A DNA stretch of 41,155 nt from Candidatus Komeilibacteria bacterium CG_4_10_14_0_8_um_filter_37_78 (GTDB lineage: Bacteria; Patescibacteriota; Patescibacteriia; UBA1558). Each line of letters starts with the position of its first letter. Within the stretch, counting starts at the first letter, position 1. Of this stretch, positions 34,301-41,155 are shown in pieces. The notes beneath the pieces are model-generated. The model made no database searches. It saw nothing but the letters and a program-made list of their open reading frames with translations, and had not been told where the DNA came from. The stretch lies in the NCBI GenBank assembly GCA_002785295.1, contig PFMC01000071.1:1-41155 (forward strand), given 5' to 3'. A program made the position numbers and the translations under genes.

Positions 34301-35252
34301 TATCATTGATCAATAAATTTTTAACTAGCGTCAAACGACGAGTAATCTTCTTAAGTTTAGAAGGGATGGCTTGTATTTTTTCCTTGCTGAGTTCATCAAT
34401 CAATATTTGTAAATCCACCTCTGTTAATAGTTTGCGAATAGCTTCAGCGCCAATGCTAGCTTCAAAAACGTGGCCATATTTCATAGAGAGGTCATGGTAT
34501 TGAGCTTCAGAAATTATCTGCTTTGGTTTTAATTCGCGTAGTTCTTTTTTGGCCCGATCCGCAGCATCTTGAAGATGAGTCATTTTATCTTCTTTAGCTT
34601 TGGCGACCGCTTCTAGTTGTACTAAAGTGTCTTTGCTAATCTTGATTTTGTCGACTTTTTCTTTGGCTAAATTATCTGCTTGTTGTTTATTAATACTTTG
34701 AGTTTTTTGTTCAAATTCATTCGTGATCGCTTTGGTTTTAGACTTTAATTCAGACTTGATTTGCTCTAAAGATTGTTCACGCAGCTCTTCATTGACCTTG
34801 GTAATAACAAAAGAAGCAAAGTAAATGACTTTTTCCAATTCTTGACTAGACATATCCAAGACCAAACCAATACGAGAGGGGATACCACGCAAAAACCAGA
34901 TATGTGAAGCTGGACAAGCAAGATCAATATGTCCCATTCGTTCCCGTCTGACGATCGCGCGAGTGACTTCAACGCCGCATTTGTCACAAACAACGCCTTT
35001 GTAACGGATGCGCTTGTATTTGCCACAATAACACTCCCAGTCCTTTGATGGTCCAAATATTTTTTCACAAAATAGACCATCCTTCTCAGGTTTTTGAGTA
35101 CGATAATTGATAGTTTCTGGTTTAACGACTTCACCATAAGACCACTGATGGATTTGTTCAGGACTGGCTAGCTTTAGTTTAATTGCATCAAAATCTAGCT
35201 CAATACCTTCAGTAGAGACCATGGTTGTTTTAGTTGATGATGGCGTTGGCAT
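31353..35252 (-). CDS. rpoC: DNA-directed RNA polymerase subunit beta'
   Basis: 1299 aa. Zinc-binding CYCGKYKRIRYKGVVCDKCGVEV and the catalytic NADFDGDQM are present. Confidence 0.98.
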   Translation of the reverse strand: MPTPSSTKTTMVSTEGIELDFDAIKLKLASPEQIHQWSYGEVVKPETINYRTQKPEKDGLFCEKIFGPSKDWECYCGKYKRIRYKGVVCDKCGVEVTRAIVRRERMGHIDLACPASHIWFLRGIPSRIGLVLDMSSQELEKVIYFASFVITKVNEELREQSLEQIKSELKSKTKAITNEFEQKTQSINKQQADNLAKEKVDKIKISKDTLVQLEAVAKAKEDKMTHLQDAADRAKKELRELKPKQIISEAQYHDLSMKYGHVFEASIGAEAIRKLLTEVDLQILIDELSKEKIQAIPSKLKKITRRLTLVKNLLINDIRPEWMVLTAVPVIPPDLRPMVPLDGGRFATSDLNDLYRRVINRNNRLKRLKELNAPEVIQRNEKRMLQEAIDALIDNNARRSKTVTASTGQKRTLKSIADILKGKQGRFRQNLLGKRIDYSGRSVIVAGPKLKLSECGIPKIMALELFKPFVISQLIKRELVHNVRSANRYIEQDHAEVWDILEEVTRDAFVMLNRAPTLHRLGIQAFRPKLIEGKAIQIHPMVCKAFNADFDGDQMAVHVPLTKEANQEAKDKMFSINNLLKPATGDPITSPDQDIVWGGYYLTYTSGAKGDKVKAFSDYNEAKMAYDLENITLHETIKIKIKDELIETTVGRLIFNSILPEELDYINQTLKSSDLRNIISHSFVKAGREKTIILLDDLKDLTYRYITRSGSSWGISDIPDVPEKNALIAEGEAQVAEIQQQYNDGLLTNRERYVKVIENWNKIKSSIEAVSKRSFDSGSHLFSIIDSGARGSWAQLIQIMGMRGSVVNPVGEVIELPIKANFKEGLDVLEYFISTHGARKGLADTALRTASAGYLTRRLVDVSQDLIITEKDCGDKDGFIITPQDVEDIGETLEKLTLGRTALNTIKDPKTGEVIVKAGNIIGREEMAAITKNNITDIGIRSNMTCRTIRGICQKCYGWDLAFNQPTEKGVAVGIIAAQSIGEPGTQLTMRTFHTGGVAATGDITQGLPRVEELFEARSPKRKAIIVEQDGEVIIDEDASLSIRKERIVKFKYHGMTLESHEIHEDYDVLIKDGAKVKEGDPLMKHRNGTRTIVSKNEGLIRFTKFNLEIYEDAYAVKEIMIPPGFSLWAKNGDKLKAGDPLTEGSIDLQELFRLKGRRATEKYIIKEIMYIYSSQGQKINMKHLEAIIRQMFSRVYVKDAGDTNLLPGDIITTSQFWEANLQAKNDKKKEATGETILLGITKASLSTDSWLSAASFQETARVLIDASITGKVDNLKGLKENVIIGRLIPAGTGFKDKE

Positions 35253-35271
35253 AATATTATAATTTATAATT

Positions 35272-35305
35272 CAAAAGTTAAAAGTCAAAAGTGAAAGGTA
35301 AAAGT
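35272..35305. repeat. About five tandem heptads NAAAAGT in the rpoB-rpoC spacer
   Basis: caaaagt taaaagt caaaagt gaaaggt aaaagt, read directly in the 56-nt intergenic spacer. Confidence 0.7.
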
Positions 35306-35308
35306 TAA

Positions 35309-38300
35309 CTATTCTTCTTCGCCAATATTTTTGGCGAGCTCAGCAGCAACTTCTTCTCTGACTGTCTTTTCTTCTTGATCAACAACTTTCTGCTCAGCAA
35401 TTGTTTTGGCATCGGCAATATCTTTGTCTTTCCTCACCTTTGCTCTCGCTGCTGACTTAACATCATCTTTGATCAAATCAACATCAAGACATAAACCTTT
35501 CAACTCTCGGATCAAGACATTGAATGATTCAGGAGTATTGACCTTATTGATAGGCTCACCCTTGATAATTGCTTCATAAGCTTTGCTTCTACCTGGCACG
35601 TCGTCAGATTTGATCGTCAAGATCTCTTGTAAGACATGAGCAGCACCATAAGCCTCTAAAGCCCAGACTTCCATTTCACCAAATCTTTGACCGCCAAATT
35701 GAGCTTTACCGCCAAGGGGTTGTTGAGTGACAAGTGAATAAGGTCCAATAGAACGTTGGTGAATCTTGTCTTCGACTAAGTGATTTAATTTCAACATATA
35801 AGTAATGCCGACAACAGTGGTCCGATCAAATGGTTGACCAGTGCGGCCATCGAATAGTTGTAGTTTACCGTCTTCAGGATAGCCGGCTGCTTTTAGCTCA
35901 GATCTGATCTGTTCGGCTTTGACGCCATTTAAAGCTGGAGTAGCGACTCGGTAGCCAAGCTTTTTGGCAGCTAAGCCCAAATGAGTCTCCATCAGCTGGC
36001 CAAGGTTCATACGAGAAACAACACCCAAAGGATTTAAAATAATATCAACTGGTGTGCCGTCTTCTAAAAATGGCATATCTGCAGCTGGTACGATCCTGGA
36101 GATCACACCTTTATTACCATGACGTCCTGCCATTTTGTCACCCACTTGTACTTTTCGAAGTTGCGCAATAGTGACTTGGATAGTTTTGATCACACCGGCT
36201 GGTAGCTTATCGCCTTGTTCACGTGAAAATATTTTAATATCAATTACTTTACCATGCTCACCATGTTCTAGATAAAGAGAAGTATCACGAACATCTTTTG
36301 CTTTTTCACCAAAGATGGCTCTTAGTAGTTTTTCTTCAGCTGATAATTCTGTCTCACCTTTTGGCGTGATCTTACCAACCAAGATATCACCGGAAGCAAC
36401 TTTGGCACCAATCCGGACAATCCCTTCTTCATCCAAATCTTTCAGTTTTTCTTCGCTGACATTGGGGATGTCTTTGGTGATCACTTCTGGCCCAAGTTTG
36501 GTGTCACGAATATCGATAGGGTAGTCTTTAATATGGATAGAAGTATAACGATCCTGTTGCACCACTCTTTCAGAAATCAAAATGGCATCTTCATAGTTAC
36601 CACCGTCCCAAGTCATGTAAGCAACTAAAATATTTTGACCTAAAGCCAAGTCACCATGATCAGTAGCGGCGCCATCGGCGATCACTTCACCCTTTTTAAC
36701 TTTGTCGTCAGTATTGACCAAAGCTTTTTGGTTGATCGAGGTAGCTGCATTGGAACGTAAGAACTTGCTGAGATTATATTCTCTGACATTATCGTCGGCT
36801 TCTTTAACTTTGATCATGTTTGATTGAACAGCAACTACTTCACCATCATTGATAGCAACAAGTGACTGACCGGAGTCAGCAGCTGCTCTTGCTTCGATGC
36901 CAGTACCAATCAACGGTGCTTCTGGTTTGATCACAGAAACAGCTTGACGTTGCATGTTCGTACCCATCAAGGCACGGACAGCATCATCATTTTCGATAAA
37001 AGGAATCAAAGCTGTAGAGATGCTGATAATTTGACAAGAAGAAACATCAACATAGTTGATGGTGCTAGTTCTTTCATAAGATGCTTGCGCATGTCTCCGC
37101 ACCTCAGCATATTCATTGATAAAGCGATTGTTGTCGATCGGGACAGTAGCAGCAGTGGTAGTAGTTTTTTCTTCCATGAAGGCGTCTAAGTATTCTATTT
37201 CATTTGTGATCAATGGTACTACCGGGATGGTTTTGATAGTTTCATATTGGGTAAATTTTTCAGCTAGAGTTTTGTCAATATCAGTACCTTTAGGAGCAAT
37301 GATTTTGTCTTTACCCGGTTCTTTTAGATTTCTTCTTAAGATATGACCAATACTATCAGCGCCATTATTCTTTGGATCATGAATAACCTTGCGATAAGGA
37401 GTTTCAATAAAGCCGTACTGATTGATCCGAGCATAAGAAGCAAGTTGGCCAACTAAGCCGATATTTGGGCCTTCTGGAGTAGCAATCGGACAAATACGAC
37501 CATAGTGAGTTCTGTGCACATCACGAACTTCAAAGCCAGCTCTTTCTCTGGATAGACCACCTGGTCCCATCGCAGAAAGACGTCTCTTGTGTTCTAGTTC
37601 AGACAGTGGATTGGTCTGATCCATGAACTGAGAAAGTTGTGAGCTCATGAAAAATTCTTTGATCGTACCAATCACTGGACGGGCATTGATCAATTGATTG
37701 GGAGTTAGGGTATGAATATCTAGAGTACTCATTCTATCTTTGATGATCCTTTCCATACGAGCTAAACCAATGCGGAATTTATTTTGAATCAATTCGCCAA
37801 TAGCTCTGACACGACGATTGCCTAAGTGATCAATATCATCAGCCTCTTCTTGAGTGATGTTTAATCTGATGATTTCTTTGATCACGCGAATCAAATCGTC
37901 TGTCAAAAGCACACGATGTTTTTTATCGATTGGATAGTTTGTTTCAAATCTCTTATTCAATTTATAGCGGCCAACTGGACCAAAATCATAACGATCAAAG
38001 TTGAAAAACATAGAGTGGATCAAACTACGAGCATTGTCGGCTGTTGCTAGGTCACCAGGACGGATTCGTTTGTAGACTTCGATCAAACCTTCTTCTTCTG
38101 TCTTGGCAGTATCTTTGGCTAAGGTGTTTTCAATATATTTTAAATCAGGGTCGACATCGACATCTTGAAATAGCTCAATAATTTCTTGATCAGTATTATA
38201 ACCAAAAGCTCTTAACAGAGCAGTAACGGCAACCTTTCTTTTTCGATCAATTTTGACAAAGATGGCACCGTTTGATTCGGTTTCAATTTCTAGCCAGGCA

Positions 38301-38785
38301 CCACGATTGGGAATGATCTTAGCACCATATAATCTTTTGCCACGATATGGTTGAGAAGTAAAAAAAGCCCCAGCCGATCTAATCAGCTGAGACACGACTA
38401 CTCTTTCGACCCCATTAACAATAAAAGTTCCACGGTCTGTCATTAAAGGAAAATCACCCAAGAAAATTTCCTGTTCTTTTATCTCACCGGTTTTTTTATT
38501 GACTAGTTTAACTTTGACACGTAGAGGTGCTTCATAAGTTACATTTCTAGAATGAGCTGTGATCTCATCAAACTTTGGTTCATCAAGATAATAATCAAGT
38601 AAATATAGTTCGAGGTTTCTACCAATGTAGTCGCCAATCGGATTGACCTCCTCGAATAATTCCTTGATTCCATTCTCAAAAAACCAACGGTACGAATCCT
38701 TTTGGACCTGAATCAAATCAGGTAAAGGTTGAGCGTCACGTAGGGGGGTGAAATACTTTCTTTCACCTAATGGGTGGATAGGCAT
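35309..38785 (-). CDS. rpoB: DNA-directed RNA polymerase subunit beta
   Basis: 1158 aa. Conserved blocks are present, for example [27 protein letters not shown] and [18 protein letters not shown]. Confidence 0.98.
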   Translation of the reverse strand: MPIHPLGERKYFTPLRDAQPLPDLIQVQKDSYRWFFENGIKELFEEVNPIGDYIGRNLELYLLDYYLDEPKFDEITAHSRNVTYEAPLRVKVKLVNKKTGEIKEQEIFLGDFPLMTDRGTFIVNGVERVVVSQLIRSAGAFFTSQPYRGKRLYGAKIIPNRGAWLEIETESNGAIFVKIDRKRKVAVTALLRAFGYNTDQEIIELFQDVDVDPDLKYIENTLAKDTAKTEEEGLIEVYKRIRPGDLATADNARSLIHSMFFNFDRYDFGPVGRYKLNKRFETNYPIDKKHRVLLTDDLIRVIKEIIRLNITQEEADDIDHLGNRRVRAIGELIQNKFRIGLARMERIIKDRMSTLDIHTLTPNQLINARPVIGTIKEFFMSSQLSQFMDQTNPLSELEHKRRLSAMGPGGLSRERAGFEVRDVHRTHYGRICPIATPEGPNIGLVGQLASYARINQYGFIETPYRKVIHDPKNNGADSIGHILRRNLKEPGKDKIIAPKGTDIDKTLAEKFTQYETIKTIPVVPLITNEIEYLDAFMEEKTTTTAATVPIDNNRFINEYAEVRRHAQASYERTSTINYVDVSSCQIISISTALIPFIENDDAVRALMGTNMQRQAVSVIKPEAPLIGTGIEARAAADSGQSLVAINDGEVVAVQSNMIKVKEADDNVREYNLSKFLRSNAATSINQKALVNTDDKVKKGEVIADGAATDHGDLALGQNILVAYMTWDGGNYEDAILISERVVQQDRYTSIHIKDYPIDIRDTKLGPEVITKDIPNVSEEKLKDLDEEGIVRIGAKVASGDILVGKITPKGETELSAEEKLLRAIFGEKAKDVRDTSLYLEHGEHGKVIDIKIFSREQGDKLPAGVIKTIQVTIAQLRKVQVGDKMAGRHGNKGVISRIVPAADMPFLEDGTPVDIILNPLGVVSRMNLGQLMETHLGLAAKKLGYRVATPALNGVKAEQIRSELKAAGYPEDGKLQLFDGRTGQPFDRTTVVGITYMLKLNHLVEDKIHQRSIGPYSLVTQQPLGGKAQFGGQRFGEMEVWALEAYGAAHVLQEILTIKSDDVPGRSKAYEAIIKGEPINKVNTPESFNVLIRELKGLCLDVDLIKDDVKSAARAKVRKDKDIADAKTIAEQKVVDQEEKTVREEVAAELAKNIGEEE

Positions 38786-39122
38786 ATTGTAGTATTAATA
38801 TTAAGAGGATAATAAATGAATACTAAGAAAGTTGGGGGTGTTAAAAACAAGGGAAGAGCCTTTGAAGACAAAAAAATCTCCTCCAGGTAGTGGACGAGTG
38901 AAATATGATGTTTTTATATAAAAATAGATTGATTACCCCCAATTAACATGAGTAAATATTAGCTTAAATAATGTCATCCGTCAAGAGTAAGAGGGGCTTA
39001 ATTATTAAATTTGTCTAATATTAGGTAATTAACTAGTAACGCAAGGAAATTAATTTTGTCAAATGCCTTGGCAAATAGCCTAAAATTAGCATTTTTTCAT
39101 CAAGTTATCCACAGGTAGTCAT

Positions 39123-39156
39123 CAACCCGGAGGGTTGGCTCAACCCGGAGGGTCGG
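39123..39156 (-). repeat. Two tandem copies (18-nt period) of the CAACCCGGAGGGTYGG motif
   Basis: caacccggagggttgg (39123-39138) and caacccggagggtcgg (39141-39156), located 6 nt past the stop of the minus-strand murE-like gene. Confidence 0.8.
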
Positions 39157-39161
39157 TTTAA

Positions 39162-40466
39162 CTAATTTTGCAGCGTCTTTTTTAATTCTTCTCTCATTGC
39201 TTGTCGATCATCCCACGGTATTTTCTTGCCACTAGCAATGCACATGTCTTGTTCTGAGCCCTTACCAGTTATTAAGACAAGGTCATTTGGTTTAGCTATG
39301 GCTAAGGCTTTAGCAATGGCTTCTCGACGGTCTATTATTTTATAAACAGTCTTGCCAGTGAGTTGAGCAACTTTCTCAGCCCCCCGGGCAACATTATTAA
39401 TAATTATCATGGGATCATCATCATAAGGATCTTCATTGGTGATGATAATAGTATCTGCTTTGGTAGCAGCCATTTGTCCGAGAATAGGTTGACGGCCTTT
39501 GTCACGACCACCACCACAGGAGCCAAGAATATGAATGAGGCGTTCATATTTGATATCATCGAGTGACTGGTATAAATGTTTTAGTGCTTCTGGTTCGGGC
39601 GCATAGTCAACTAAGACTTTGAAATTTTGTCCTTCGTCAATGAACTCAGCTCTGCCGGGTATGCTTTTTATTTTTCTGAGCGCTTTGGCGGCAGAGTCAA
39701 GATCAACACCTAAGGAGTTGGCAGCACTGATTGCAGCTAAAGCATTATAGATATGGACCTTCCCCAGAAGGTTGAGTGCGAAAACTTGATTATTGATTTT
39801 GAATTCACTACCAATGGCAGTAAGCTTGATTTCTTCCGCTTGATAAACTTTGTTGGCTATTTTGTTCTCAGCGGTCTTGGTAGAAAAGCCAATCTTGTCA
39901 GTCACTTTAAAGTTTAGAAAGTCAGCAGCATGCTGATCATCAATATTGGCCACTATTTTTTTATTTTTCTTATCAGCCGAGGCCAATCGTTTGAAGATTT
40001 TTAGTTTGGCATTTTTATAGTTATCAAACGAACCATGAGACTCAATATGTTCAGGGGTGAGATTAGTAAAGACTAAAACATCATAATCAATACCGAGATG
40101 ACGATATTGCTTAATGCCCTCTGATGAAGTTTCAATCACGGCATATTGACAGTCAGCTTGCACCATCTGATAAAGTAGTTTTTGTAATTTAAATCTGCCC
40201 AACATAGTCATCTTCTGATCATTGAGCCATTCTTGGTCGGCTACTTTAAAATTGATGGTAGTAGCATAGCCAACTTTAAAGCCGGTTTCTTCTAGTATCT
40301 TTCCCAGCATGACTACGGTGGTTGATTTACCATTGGTGCCTGTAATACCAATAACAGTCATTTTCTTGCTAGGATGACCATAATAATATGCTGCTAAGTT
40401 TGCAATTAAGTAGTGATAAATATTGAAGATAAAGCGTGGAAATAGTTTTTTTAGTAATTTTTTCAT
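39162..40466 (-). CDS. murE: Mur ligase family protein, MurE-like (UDP-MurNAc-L-Ala-D-Glu: diamino acid ligase)
   Basis: GITGTNGKSTT P-loop. DYAPEPEAL resembles the MurE DYAHTPDAL, GSCGGGRDKGRQP resembles GCGGDRDKGKRP, and ITNEDPYDDDP resembles TSDNPRSEDP. The N-terminal domain is short. The amino-acid specificity cannot be read from the sequence. Confidence 0.7.
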   Translation of the reverse strand: MKKLLKKLFPRFIFNIYHYLIANLAAYYYGHPSKKMTVIGITGTNGKSTTVVMLGKILEETGFKVGYATTINFKVADQEWLNDQKMTMLGRFKLQKLLYQMVQADCQYAVIETSSEGIKQYRHLGIDYDVLVFTNLTPEHIESHGSFDNYKNAKLKIFKRLASADKKNKKIVANIDDQHAADFLNFKVTDKIGFSTKTAENKIANKVYQAEEIKLTAIGSEFKINNQVFALNLLGKVHIYNALAAISAANSLGVDLDSAAKALRKIKSIPGRAEFIDEGQNFKVLVDYAPEPEALKHLYQSLDDIKYERLIHILGSCGGGRDKGRQPILGQMAATKADTIIITNEDPYDDDPMIIINNVARGAEKVAQLTGKTVYKIIDRREAIAKALAIAKPNDLVLITGKGSEQDMCIASGKKIPWDDRQAMREELKKTLQN

Positions 40467-40472
40467 AATTTG

Positions 40473-40480
40473 ATTATACA
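40473..40480 (-). promoter_or_regulatory. TG-TATAAT element, 6 nt upstream of the murE-like ATG
   Basis: The minus strand reads tgTATAAT-caaatt-ATG, with no SD. Confidence 0.35.
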
Positions 40481-40569
40481 GTAATTTGAGGGTGCTTGGT
40501 AGATTGACTTATTGTGACATATTTGTTAGTTTATATTTAATTCCGAACATTAAATAGGGGGACAATACA

Positions 40570-40683
40570 ATGCAAGAAAAGATTGGTATGTTTCTTATTA
40601 ATGCATATAATGCCATTGCCCGTTTTTTAGTATTGGTAATTATATGTCAATTGATGGGGAAACAGCTGAAATATTGGAGATAG
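40570..40683 (+). CDS. Candidate 37-aa hydrophobic small ORF
   Basis: Hand translation gives MQEKIGMFLINAYNAIARFLVLVIICQLMGKQLKYWR, preceded by aggggga 7 nt upstream. It overlaps the 5' end of ORF 40644..41036 in another frame, so at most one start model may be right. Confidence 0.25.
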   Translation: MQEKIGMFLINAYNAIARFLVLVIICQLMGKQLKYWR

Positions 40684-41036
40684 ATGGTCATAGACTGGAA
40701 GTGCCTTTGGAAAATGTTGAGGGCATACTTGGTTCAGTCTTTTGGGCGATAATTTTTACTGCTTCAACTGTTTTAGTGGCCTGGTTTGTTTTTTTTGATC
40801 CGAGACAGGTGTTTGTGGGAACTGAGCATATATATTGTTTGGTAATGGTTAAAGTTCTTATTCTAACATCTGTAATATCTTTTGTGACCTTATCTGCTAC
40901 GATGATTTATGCTTATTGGATTAAGCCCTGGCTGTTGGGATCACGAAAGTACGTTTTTTTTGCTACTATGATGTTGCGAAGTGGAATAAGTAGTTTTATG
41001 GCAACGATTTTTAGTGTATTGCTTTTATTTATGTAA
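40644..41036 (+). CDS. Hypothetical multi-pass membrane protein
   Basis: 130-aa ORF with an acidic N-terminus and 3-4 hydrophobic helices. It ends immediately before a strong plus-strand terminator. I recognise no family. Confidence 0.5.
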   Translation: MSIDGETAEILEIDGHRLEVPLENVEGILGSVFWAIIFTASTVLVAWFVFFDPRQVFVGTEHIYCLVMVKVLILTSVISFVTLSATMIYAYWIKPWLLGSRKYVFFATMMLRSGISSFMATIFSVLLLFM

Positions 41037-41066
41037 AAAAAGCCCCATCAAATGATGGGGCTTTTT
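41036..41066 (+). terminator. Rho-independent terminator
   Basis: aaaaaAGCCCCATCaaatGATGGGGCTtttt: a perfect 9-bp stem with a T-run. Confidence 0.8.
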
Positions 41067-41155
41067 GTTAATACTATACAGGAAACCCTGCCAGTAGGAA
41101 GGCTTTAGAAGCTAAAGCCTGACGGATGGCAGGGATGAATGGTTTAACATACTGC

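Noticed and set aside
38816-38890. 24-aa plus-strand mini-ORF (MNTKKVGGVKNKGRAFEDKKISSR) with an AAGAGGA-like sequence upstream, divergent from rpoB
   Set aside because: Too short and compositionally unremarkable. This genome otherwise seems not to use SD sequences. There is no terminator or other support.
39105-39113. Perfect DnaA box TTATCCACA in the rpoB upstream spacer
   Set aside because: It is a single isolated 9-mer far from dnaA. One chance occurrence in about 82 kb of two-strand AT-rich sequence is not surprising, and there is no cluster and no adjacent AT-rich unwinding element.
41070-41155. Nested hairpin ccctgcca...ggctttag-aag-ctaaagcc...tggcaggg at the window edge, considered as SRP RNA or another ncRNA
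   Set aside because: It does not contain the conserved SRP domain IV sequences I can recall (GGAA tetraloop context, GGAAGCAGCC). It is also truncated by the window end, so it cannot be assigned.
1-41155. CRISPR arrays, rRNA genes, transposases/IS elements, prophage genes, and alternative genetic codes (UGA recoding)
   Set aside because: No regularly spaced direct repeats with unique spacers were seen, and no rRNA signatures. No transposase, integrase or phage-like ORFs are present. Very long ORFs (rpoC 1299 aa, rpoB 1158 aa, PBP1A 976 aa) are intact under the standard bacterial code, so stop-codon reassignment is unnecessary.

Overview
Visibly AT-rich chromosomal segment from a small-genome bacterium. 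It starts at the classic replication-origin neighbourhood: rpmH-rnpA-yidD-yidC on the minus strand, dnaA-dnaN on the plus strand. It then runs through housekeeping genes: PBP1A, tyrS, ruvC, a yebC-family gene, PGI/PMI, recA, a rodZ-like gene, ftsK, rpoC, rpoB and a murE-like gene. Standard code 11 fits, because the very long rpoB/rpoC/ftsK frames are intact. The gene content, the near absence of Shine-Dalgarno motifs and the family described next suggest a Patescibacteria/CPR-like organism; this is inference only. The standout is 15.7-19.95 kb, a head-to-tail array of nine small paralogous genes on the minus strand. Each encodes a signal peptide, a variable exposed segment, a first transmembrane helix (TM1) ending in G-[FVI]-x-W-[ML]-[TSN]-[AS]-[GAN]-G, a short basic loop and a second helix (TM2). 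That is the VirB2/TrbC (type IV secretion, T4SS, pilin-like) architecture. No T4SS ATPase or channel gene is present in the window. The most upstream copy carries a C-terminal 10-Cys module and is translationally coupled to an orphan solute-binding lipoprotein and galU. A Wzx flippase and a Wzy_C (O-antigen-ligase/PglL-like) protein lie further upstream in the same orientation. A convergent GT-C/STT3-like membrane protein bounds the array on the other side. Together these suggest a surface-filament plus glycosylation locus. Other oddities are listed here. (1) A GC-rich in-frame tandem repeat encodes a poly-Ala/AFVFAA membrane segment, behind a consensus sigma70 promoter. (2) A 19-nt inverted repeat brackets a small NlpC/P60-like gene next to tRNA-Arg(CCU). 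(3) A GC-rich about 16-nt hairpin motif recurs at the 3' ends of three minus-strand genes. (4) TATAAT boxes lie 6-9 nt upstream of several operon-leading ATGs, suggesting leaderless mRNAs. (5) The origin region is poor in canonical DnaA boxes, and most downstream genes point toward it. No CRISPR array, rRNA, transposase or integrase was seen.
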